From assembly GCA_963707985.1 (NCBI GenBank), contig CAVPRW010000017.1, forward strand, positions 96,001 through 160,000: 64,000 bases of DNA. Direction: 5' to 3'. A program made the translations under genes and the position numbers. The DNA comes from an uncultured Nitrospinota bacterium (GTDB lineage Bacteria; Tectomicrobia; Entotheonellia; J063; CAVPRW01). The notes below the pieces were generated by a model. The model ran no database searches. It saw nothing but the letters and a program-made list of their open reading frames with translations, and was not told where the DNA came from. How positions within the stretch are numbered: position 1 is the stretch's first letter; each line of letters begins with the position of its first letter. Positions 52,034 to 60,591 of the stretch are shown here, one piece after another.

Positions 52034-52513
52034 CTAGAGGCAGAGGCCGGCGCATACTCCCGAACAGCACTGGGCACTGGTAGTGCACGCAGATCCCGTA
52101 CTTAAACACGACGCCGCCTCGACTGCCGTTGGTGCGACAATGCTCGTCACCAGCGGCAATGCTATCACTGCTCCCCATCCCAGCCGGCGCATCACCTCCC
52201 GCCGTGACACTTTGGCCCCGCCTCGCGGGGCCTGAAGCTGCTTCGCCAGCAGGCACGCCTTTCCCAGTTGCTGCAAGGCCAGCCACACGACATCTTCAGG
52301 AATTGGTGTGTGCATCTCCCGCTCCAGTATACTGGCCATTTGAGTCACAGTGGTTTGCCCGTCACAGTATTTCCAGACCAGCGCGGCCGTCTGGTTCAAG
52401 CAATGTGCCTTGTGCCTCTCCAGGTCGTAGACGAGCACTTCGTCAGGTAAAGCGTGGACCACCAATCCGTCTGCTCGTGCACACGGTCTGAGCTGAGCGT
52501 GTCCAACATTCAT
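52034..52513 (-). CDS. PqqD/RRE domain fused to a twin-Arg leader and a Cys-rich core peptide
   Basis: AAGGAG RBS; DEVLVYDLERHKAHCLNQTAALVWKYCDG..VWLALQQL (PqqD fold); SRREVMRR plus hydrophobic stretch ending VEAA; core SCLSTGSACTTSAQCCSGVCAGLCL. Confidence 0.85.
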   Translation of the reverse strand: MNVGHAQLRPCARADGLVVHALPDEVLVYDLERHKAHCLNQTAALVWKYCDGQTTVTQMASILEREMHTPIPEDVVWLALQQLGKACLLAKQLQAPRGGAKVSRREVMRRLGWGAVIALPLVTSIVAPTAVEAASCLSTGSACTTSAQCCSGVCAGLCL

Positions 52514-52632
52514 ACCGACTCCTTGCATGTGGGCACCGCGTCCATCCCTGAATCGACCTCATCACCTCCACCGCTCTAAGATGCTGAGCCATCTCCCACC
52601 TTTGCTTAGGATAGGTGGACTCTGAGCTCGAA

Positions 52633-55600
52633 TTATTGGAATTTGAGGTGCATGGTCGGGTCTCCCAACAAGAATCCAGGTTTGCCGGACGTCGACATCA
52701 GACACCGCTGCCTTGGCTCGCCTGATAGCCTCCCCCAGTCTGAGCGGCTTGTCAGGTGGATTACTCTCCATGAACAACCCTCGAAACAGCTCCTGGTCCA
52801 TCGCGGCTTGACTGATCGGCCCGGTCATTCCCGATGGAGCCCAGACGGCCACCGCGCCTCCCTCCGCGGCGTGCAGCAGCGCTTCAGCCAAACTTTCGAG
52901 GGCCGCATCATGAAAATACCCATTGAGGCAGGTCATGGTGACAAAGACTGATAGTCGCTCACCATTATTCAGCTCAGCGGCATCCTCGGCAGTCAGAAGA
53001 TTGCCTCTCCAAAAATCCACCGAGCCATGTCCAATATAGTTGACGAGGGCTGGGCCGCGATTGATGCTCGCGATCAGTTGGCTCTTAGCCGTCGCGCTAT
53101 CCATCTGCCCTCGGTCGATTTCCTCTACAAACAAAGTGGGAGGAATCAATTCCCACAACGCTTCATTGATCGCCCCAAAGTCGGTTCCGTCATTGAGGTC
53201 CGTGACAAGTAGCACGCCGTTGCCCACTCCGGCCTGGTTGTAGCTCACGATCTTCGCCACCAAGCGGTCGATCTCCTCGACAGTTCGCCCTGGTAGCCGA
53301 CCCACAGCCATGTCCGCCAGCCCATCATGATCGACATCGGCTAGCCAGTCATCTGAGGCCGTTTCCATGAGTTGTGTATCGAGCAGCTTGGTCGGCACGA
53401 AGTCATGATAGCCATAGCCGAGGTGGTTGTTTGGGTCCCAGCTGGCATCACCGACGAGCAGCACAAAGCGGGGGGCCGGGGACCATTGCGTGGCGGCATA
53501 GCCGAGGAAGTCACGCACGGCGTATGGCGTCTTCTGGCCAGCGCTGAACTCATCGAAGATGTCCTCGACATCGACCACGGCCACGGACAAACCCTGATTC
53601 TGCCGCTGTGCCAGCAGTGGGCCGATGCTAGCGATGAAGTCGTGATGGCTGATGATGACCAGGTCGGCTCCATGGCCAGTCTGATGCCAGCGCGAGGGCT
53701 GATTTGGGGCGATGTTGGCCACCGTCTTCGCCTGCGCCGCAGTCAACGCCAGCAACGTCCTGAGCCCGCTGCCGGGCACGCTCAGGGTGACGGCAAACCC
53801 GCCAGCCTGCGTGTTGACGGTGCCGGTCACCTCGTACACTGCGTCAGCATCGGTGATATCTAAGACGCGAATCGCTGCGTTGCTGAACCCGCCAATAGTT
53901 ACCCGCTGTCGCCCTGTGGCGCTGAAGCGCAGCGCATCTCCGTCGGCCGTATAGGTACGCCAGTAGGTCAGGCGGACGGTATCGATCAGGCTGATGTCCC
54001 GCTCGCCACCGAGGGCGGTCAGTTCCACCTGGTTCGTTCCCTGGCGCAGCCAAGACGGGGCGAGGGGAAAGCTATCCAATCCAGGGGACTGGTCCTGAAA
54101 GGTAACCTCCCCGACCCTGACCCCATTCAGCGTTACCTGGACGCGATGCGCCCCCTGCGTCACGCCTTGTAGTGCCACCTCCAGCAGTGTAGTCCCGGAT
54201 GGAGCCGGGTCCAGATATGCCACCTGCAGCGATTCCACGGTCGGCTCTGGGCCGACAACGGCGCCAAAGAAGTTCTCCCGCTCGCCATTGCGCAGGGCAG
54301 AAAAATACACGGTGCGATCCTTGCGCTCGACAGTGTAGGGGAAACTGCGGTCCGCTGGCTGTCCGCCAAGCGCCGTCACTGGCCTGATACGGCGACCGGG
54401 CCCGCCTTGAGCTACCAACCAATACACCCGCGTGTCCGTCCAGGCCGCAGCCAGCCCCAACCCATAAAACTCAATGGCATCGCCGGGGTCGAGCCGGCCA
54501 TCTTCCTGACCAGTGATGAGCATGGGAACTTGTTGCCCATCGACGTAGAGATGCAGAAGGCGAGGGTCTACATTGGGAGGCAGCCCGGCAGACAGCAACT
54601 CGGGCACAGTGACGCGGTACCAGCCTTCTTGACGGATTGAGAGCTTCACCGCCGGATGGGCGGCTAGATAGGACTGCCACTTAGCGCGGGCGTTACTCAG
54701 CGTGACGGGCGAGACTCGCCGCTCCACGGGCGCGGTCGGAGGCGGGTAGACAGCCGCACCGCCCAAGCTGCTCAATAGCTTAGCCTGGGCTCGGTTGCCG
54801 GGTGGCAAGAGCCCGGGGCGCACCGGGCCACCGGCGGCAGCCGGACCGTGCCAGGTGCTGTGGCCACTGAGGTCGATAGCCTCTAGCCAATAGGGTCCGT
54901 CGCCAGGATCAGGCGGAGAGTCATCCCACCAGGCATAGGAGCGTCCAGCTTGTACCGTAGTGCCTGGTCCGACCATTAGGGCGGTGCCGGCGATCAGAGA
55001 CGGATTGATCTTCGTGCGCTGGCCGCCGGACTCGCGGTAGACGTTAAACCCGAGATTATCCACTTCAAACCCGGTTCGCCAGGCGACCTGCGTTCCCCCC
55101 TGTACGGATGGCGTCGCCGTAAGCGCTTCAACGGTGGCCAGTGTAGCGGAGCCGGTGGTCGTGGTGATGGTGATCAACCATCTTTGGAGGGTTCCTGTGG
55201 CTCCGCCTGTGTCAAGCTCTACCCACAATTCCCAGGTCCCATTGGGGCTTAAGCCCCCGAAGGCGGACGCGAACGATGAGCTGCCACTCGCACCAGTGCA
55301 CCCACTACCCGCGAACGTCAGTGTCAGCCCAGGATGCGCCGTTGGCAGGTTATTGAAGCTATTGATGGTTTCGACGGCTCCGTAAGTCGCAGGCTTGTAG
55401 TTGCCTGCGGGGACTGACGTCGCAGACGCGTTCGGCAGACACGTGCTTGCACTATCTGCGATGGTGAACGTGCCACTGAGGTTATCCGCGGCGCCCGTGG
55501 TCGAATCCGACCAAAATACCAGGTTATTGACACCATTGGGATGGATGAGCAAAATATCCAGATCGTCCCCAAACTGTGTACTGAGGTTAGTCAGCGTCGC

Positions 55601-55792
55601 CGACACATTCGTGATGGTCCCTGACAAGCCTGAGACGTCGACCGTCAATCTCACGGTTGTGGCGGTGAGGTTAACAGCGGCTACCTGCGCTTGTTGGCCG
55701 ATCAGGAGGACCGCCAACGCCAGGTAGAGGGCCAATATCCCGTGGAACGGCAAGGACCTCTGCCCGGGGCTGCGAGAGGTTCGTCGTCGCAT
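52633..55792 (-). CDS. Secreted C25 (gingipain-like) cysteine peptidase with an N-terminal proprotein-convertase P-like domain; frameshift near 52672
   Basis: Signal peptide; GDDLDILL..NGTWELWV; WRTGFEVDNLGFNVYR; VLLVGDA, AVGRLP, YIGHG and MTCLNGYF motifs; the expected end LLGDPTMHLKFQ* lies in a shifted frame. Confidence 0.88.
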
Positions 55793-56099
55793 GCTACCTC
55801 CTCTGGTGTGCATGTGGTCGTTTTGTCCTCCACGGCGTCGGGCAGGTGGGGGTAACCCCAGGGCCGCGCCCAGACATGAGATCTGTTCGCCTCTGCGTTA
55901 TCCCTCGACCGAGAACCAGCTACGGACATCCTCGGTCTGCGGTCTTGAGACGGCAGAGCACCTGGCGGGTCGTCATCCCCTATCAATGCTGGGCTGGTTC
56001 TCTGCGAGCGCTCTCCCAGGAGACTACCGAACAACCCTCGGTGCTAGCGCTACACGAAACGTGCATAGCGATCCCTTGCAGGCGCGGGCCGTCATGGCT

Positions 56100-56618
56100 T
56101 CAGCTTCTGCTCGGGAAAATTCCCTCAAGCGCGATGCAATAGTTGAGGGTCAGGTACGGCTGTAAAACGTTGAAAGGCTGGCTTCCTCCGGTATTGCCGA
56201 TCATCTGCGGTGCCATCGTCCCCGGGGTTGTTATCGATGCGATATAAGGCGTCTCGGATGAATTCGCGAGATAAGTGTTTTCGATCCTTCCAGTATCGCC
56301 GCTATCGGCGTTGACGTTGACCAGGTGATTATGCGATGGCATCTGATTAACCGTCAGGGTGCCGGTCTCGGTGCCGCCTACCTGCCCAAGATCATAGTTC
56401 GAAAGGCCAGGCCCTTGCCCAGAGCCATTGGGGACGCGACCGCGCAGGTCCGGCAGCGCAAAGGTGGTCTGACCGTTGCCGCCGAAGGTGGTACCAAGAA
56501 GCGAAAATAATGCCGTATTTTGGGCGATGGGCAGGATTTGACCACTGCAGAAAGCCCAACCCCGTGGTGCAAAGTTATAGGGCACAAGCATAATTTGACC
56601 GAGGAACGGTTCGGACAT
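56100..56618 (-). CDS. Phage tail-collar domain (microcystin-dependent protein-like) protein
   Basis: MSEPFLGQI..NFAPRGWAFCSGQILPIAQNTALFSLLGTTFGG.GQTTFALPDLRGRVP; MPSHNH; QPYLTLNYCIALEGIFPSR. Confidence 0.93.
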   Translation of the reverse strand: MSEPFLGQIMLVPYNFAPRGWAFCSGQILPIAQNTALFSLLGTTFGGNGQTTFALPDLRGRVPNGSGQGPGLSNYDLGQVGGTETGTLTVNQMPSHNHLVNVNADSGDTGRIENTYLANSSETPYIASITTPGTMAPQMIGNTGGSQPFNVLQPYLTLNYCIALEGIFPSRS

Positions 56619-56907
56619 AGTCTGCTTCTCCTTTGGCAAAGTCCGTTAACCTGGCTCTTCTCCTTGGCAACGAACACGCTGATCTGCAAGCGGCACGAGA
56701 ACAGCGCGCTGCTACCGGTGGCGATACCCATACGTCTCAATAGCGAGACATCTAAACTTATCCATTTTTATCAATTAATGTCAATAGAGATTTTATAGCT
56801 CCAGATTTTGGCTTGGCAATCACATCGCGGGCTGGGTGGGTTTCATGCCGGGATGAATGGTAGTGAGCTTACTCGGTTGATGTCTCAGTCATTCGGCGAT
56901 TGGCAGG

Positions 56908-58104
56908 TTAGATGAGGATGAGGGATTGTAGCGGTGGTAGGCCCAGGATCATGCGGCCCGCGGACTGGAACTGCGGCGCGGCTGTGCCGACATGCTGGGT
57001 GGCGGCATGGATGTCGCGGAGCGCCCGCTGCAGCGGGCTACTCCGGTAGTTGGCCGAGGCCCCGGCAATGGTATAGAGAATATCCACCGCCGCGGCCGCG
57101 CTGCGCGTGGCGTTGGCCGCGGCCAGCAGCAGGTCGGCGCGTTCGTCGAACGACACCTGCCCATGCGCGAGATGTGACTGCCAGGTCTGCTCGACTGTCG
57201 TGTGCAGCCAGGCACGAGCCGAGCGCACCAGCGCCACCGCCTCCGCGATGCGGACCTGGAACATCGAGCGGTCGCGCAACAGCTCCGTCCCAACATTGGG
57301 TTTCTTGGATTGCGCGAGCTTCAGACAGGCGTCCAAGGCACCCTGAGCGATGCCCAGGGCCACTGCACCGATCGGTAGGGCGAAGGAAGCATAGAGGACG
57401 TAGCGGTAGACAGGACTTTGGTAGCGCGCGCCTTGGGGTGTCATTCCAAGCTTGAACTCACACGTATAGCCAGCTGGCACGAACACCTGGTCGATCACCA
57501 CATCGTGGCTGCCGGTGCCAGCCAGGCCGCTGACGTCCCAGGTCTCGATGATGTTGGCCTGCCCCATGGGGATGAAAAACAGGCGCACCTCAGGCTCTCC
57601 ATCGACTGTGAGACGCCGCTGGTCGCCATCGAAGACCTCGCAGCAACAGAAGATCCAAGTGGAATGCTGACAACCGCTGGCATAGGGCCAGCGCCCCGTC
57701 ACCCGATAGCCGCTAGCGCTGACCACGGCCCTTCCATAGGGGTGCACAACGCCCGCGGTGATGCTCTGGGGGTTGCTGCCGAACACGTCTTCAGCAGCCT
57801 CGTCGGCCAGGAAAGCTCCCAGCAACGCATTACACGCCGCGATGAAGGCGCACCATCCGGTCGAGCCATCGATGCGCGCGATGGCCTCGACCACACGATA
57901 AAAAGTCAGCGGCTCGATTTCGAAGCCGCCGAGCGTGCACGGCGTATACATGCGAAAGATGCCGGCCTCTGCCAGCGCCGTGACGACCACTGCCGACAGG
58001 CGATGATTGTTCTCGGCCTCATCGGCATGAGCGCGAAGCAAGGGTTCAAGGCTCTGGACGACACTGAGAAGCCGATCGCAAGTCAGGGTGGTCTGGTCTG
58101 CCAT
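56908..58104 (-). CDS. Acyl-CoA dehydrogenase-like flavin-dependent hydroxylase (HsaA-like)
   Basis: DGSTGW, GRWPYASGC, WDVSGLAGTGSHD and LQRALRDIHAATQH motifs. Confidence 0.9.
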   Translation of the reverse strand: MADQTTLTCDRLLSVVQSLEPLLRAHADEAENNHRLSAVVVTALAEAGIFRMYTPCTLGGFEIEPLTFYRVVEAIARIDGSTGWCAFIAACNALLGAFLADEAAEDVFGSNPQSITAGVVHPYGRAVVSASGYRVTGRWPYASGCQHSTWIFCCCEVFDGDQRRLTVDGEPEVRLFFIPMGQANIIETWDVSGLAGTGSHDVVIDQVFVPAGYTCEFKLGMTPQGARYQSPVYRYVLYASFALPIGAVALGIAQGALDACLKLAQSKKPNVGTELLRDRSMFQVRIAEAVALVRSARAWLHTTVEQTWQSHLAHGQVSFDERADLLLAAANATRSAAAAVDILYTIAGASANYRSSPLQRALRDIHAATQHVGTAAPQFQSAGRMILGLPPLQSLILI

Positions 58105-58135
58105 GAGGCACCTGGAAATGGTTTTGGGGCAGCGT

Positions 58136-58594
58136 TTAGCCTTCGTTGAGACCGCTGTCGAATTGGATCAGGATACCATCGGGATCATGCACATAGAAGC
58201 TGCGCACGCGGCCTTCCGCGTTGGTAAAGACCTCACGCGGCCCTCCTAATGGTACGCCCTTAGCTAATAGCTCTTGCATCAGGGCGTCGGTGTCGGGGAC
58301 GGTAAAGGAGAAGTGGGTAATTCCCACCTGATCGAGCTTAAGCGCTTGCCCGGCGATCTCTTCACCAGCGTGGCTGGTAATGGTGAGCGTCGGCTTCTTG
58401 GCAGCTCCGAAGCTGAGGCTGACCCGCCGGCGACTTCGGCGCACCTGCTGATAATTGTGGGTTCGCCCACCTTCCGTGGGGTCGGTCGGACCATCAAACA
58501 GCACCCTCATACCGAGGCTATCACGATAAAATGCCAAGGATTTTTCCATATCTCTGGTACAGATGGCGATGTGCGAAATTGCGCTAGCTTCCAT
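58136..58594 (-). CDS. VOC/glyoxalase family protein
   Basis: SHIAICTRDMEKSLAFYRD, GITHFSF and YVHDPDGILIQ motifs. Confidence 0.88.
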   Translation of the reverse strand: MEASAISHIAICTRDMEKSLAFYRDSLGMRVLFDGPTDPTEGGRTHNYQQVRRSRRRVSLSFGAAKKPTLTITSHAGEEIAGQALKLDQVGITHFSFTVPDTDALMQELLAKGVPLGGPREVFTNAEGRVRSFYVHDPDGILIQFDSGLNEG

Positions 58595-58726
58595 AAGCGA
58601 AGCTCCTCTCCGACGGTCGAGATGTCCGCATCTCCAGGGCCGGATTTTCCGGTTGACGAGCAGCGGCATACCCTGATGGATACGCCGCATTCCACCACTG
58701 GCGAAGGTGTCGAGATAACGCGCCTC

Positions 58727-59509
58727 CTAGCGCTCTCTCACGACTGGGTTACGTAGCACCCCTATGCCGGGAATCTCGACTTCAACCACATCGCCGTCCT
58801 TCATGTTCTCCGTTGCCCCGTCGGTTCCCATCCACAACACATCGCCCGGATACAGCGTCAAGTACTGACTCATGCGGCTGATGAACTGCCGCACGCTGAA
58901 AATCGCATCTTTGACGGCATAGCTGAACATCTCCTTGCCGTTGAGTCGGATCGTGACTTGAATGTCATCAGGGTTGAGTCCGGTGACGATCCACGGCCCC
59001 ATGGGCTTGAAGGTATCGGTGTTCTTGCCGCGCCAGAACGTTCGATCCCCGCGCTGCCAGGTGCGCTCGCTGACGTCATTACCGATCGTATACCCGAACA
59101 CATAGTCCAGCGCCTCGTCTTCCGAGACATGCTTACACTTCTTGCCGATCACCGCAACCAACTCGCCTTCATACTGGACCAGCTCCGTGGCATCTTTGGG
59201 GATGACGATCGGTTCGTCGTTGGCTACTAGCGCATTGTTGGCACGGTAGCCCACGTCGGCCGCAGGTGGAAACTCCGGCTCAACGCCGCGTCGTTTAGCC
59301 ATCTCGGTGACGTGCTCGCGGTAATTGATACCGGCTGCATAAAAGGTCGGTGGGATCACCGGCACGAGCAATTTGACCGCACTCAGGGGATACGTCGACG
59401 CTGTCCTGGCATGATTCTCGAACGGGCTCCCGGTAACTTCGGTTACTGTGTCGTTGTCGATGATGCCATATGCGACCTTCTGTCCTGATTGAAATCGACA
59501 CCATTTCAT
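58727..59509 (-). CDS. Fumarylacetoacetate hydrolase family protein
   Basis: YEGELVAVIGK, GYTIGNDVSER, GKNTDTF and TLYPGDVLWMGT motifs. Confidence 0.93.
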   Translation of the reverse strand: MKWCRFQSGQKVAYGIIDNDTVTEVTGSPFENHARTASTYPLSAVKLLVPVIPPTFYAAGINYREHVTEMAKRRGVEPEFPPAADVGYRANNALVANDEPIVIPKDATELVQYEGELVAVIGKKCKHVSEDEALDYVFGYTIGNDVSERTWQRGDRTFWRGKNTDTFKPMGPWIVTGLNPDDIQVTIRLNGKEMFSYAVKDAIFSVRQFISRMSQYLTLYPGDVLWMGTDGATENMKDGDVVEVEIPGIGVLRNPVVRER

Positions 59510-59522
59510 GGCGAATCCTCCT

Positions 59523-60167
59523 CTATCGTTCGTCCGGTGTCTTATCGGAATCGACCTCCGGTACATCCTCTAAGTCAACAGCCAATGCCGCATCGATTAG
59601 ACGGTGCACCTCCGCGCGCAAGCCTGCCGTGCGGGCCACCTCACGCCCATGCGGTGACATCTTGCTCCAGGTCTTGCGCAGGATGCCGAGTGCCTTCGCA
59701 GCATCGTGCTGTCCAGCGAATTCGGCGCAATAACTCTCCAGAAACACCAGGCAGATGACATCTTCCAGACATTGCACCTCGGGATCGCGTTTCAGTCCCT
59801 CTTTGCGCAGCAGAGACCGCACGCGCTGAATCATCGGCTCCTCATAGCCCACTTCGCGAAGAATGGTAGTGGCCGTATCGGCATGAAATTTTGCCAGGGT
59901 TGTGCGCCACTGCAGATAGCCCCACCGATCCATTGGATACTGGTCGCGGGGAATCACCCAGCGGCGGATATGTTGGCTATGAGCGGCCAGGCGCAACGCC
60001 TCAGACGCCTCAGGGGCGAAGCGTTCCAGCCAGGCGGTCAGGCGCTGGGAGTAGAGGAGTTCCTTGGGATAGGCGACTCCATCGACAACCTCGTGGTGGG
60101 GATCCTCGCCATTGGCTGCATCAAAGCGACGTATAGCTTCACGAAAGCGTTCCGAATCGGCAGGCAT
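59523..60167 (-). CDS. DUF4202 domain protein
   Basis: DAANGEDP..PKELLYS, QHIRRW.IPR..YP..GYLQWR and QCLEDVICLVFL motifs. Confidence 0.9.
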   Translation of the reverse strand: MPADSERFREAIRRFDAANGEDPHHEVVDGVAYPKELLYSQRLTAWLERFAPEASEALRLAAHSQHIRRWVIPRDQYPMDRWGYLQWRTTLAKFHADTATTILREVGYEEPMIQRVRSLLRKEGLKRDPEVQCLEDVICLVFLESYCAEFAGQHDAAKALGILRKTWSKMSPHGREVARTAGLRAEVHRLIDAALAVDLEDVPEVDSDKTPDER

Positions 60168-60427
60168 CGCCAGGGTCCTCTCGTGACAGACGATAAAAGA
60201 TTGGGGCACTTTGAACTCTCGGTTGCAGCTATTCTATCGTATCTCTGCCAGGGAGGGAAGATATTGCTGCATACCCCATGCTCCAGCGGGAAAATTCCCC
60301 CATAAAGCACTCGGGGATGCGCCATCAGGCATGCCTGCATGTGTAGGTAAGCAAAAAGCTTTTTTGAGCGCAAGTTTTTGGGCACAACCGGTTCATCTGA
60401 CCATGCCTCAAGATGGCCCAAAAGGCC

Positions 60428-60455
60428 TTGACCTACGCGCTATCGGAGGTATGAT
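60428..60455 (+). promoter_or_regulatory. Putative sigma70 promoter for the ABC operon
   Basis: TTGACC-N16-TATGAT, about 135 bp upstream of the CDS. Confidence 0.4.
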
Positions 60456-60591
60456 ATTCGGCAGCTGCATAGCATGGACCGGCGTCGCGTTGCCACGGCT
60501 GCATCTCACGGGATTACCTCAGGACTGAGCCACCGCGCCACGGGCGCCAGGCGACCATGGAGAGCCATCCCACAGAAGCAGGGTGCGGTTG

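Noticed and set aside
18660..52680. Programmed frameshifting or phase variation at 18672, 20480, 22447, 28913, 46518 and 52672
   Set aside because: These are small indels, several at short homopolymers, scattered across unrelated genes with no slippery heptamer or long SSR; consensus error or decay is more likely. Needs read inspection.
55820..56095. c-di-GMP riboswitch upstream of the C25 gene
   Set aside because: The GEMM-type GCAAA..GAAA..GACGCAAAG signature was not found on the coding strand.
56100..56618. Prophage
   Set aside because: The tail-collar gene is isolated; no capsid, terminase, portal or integrase genes are nearby.
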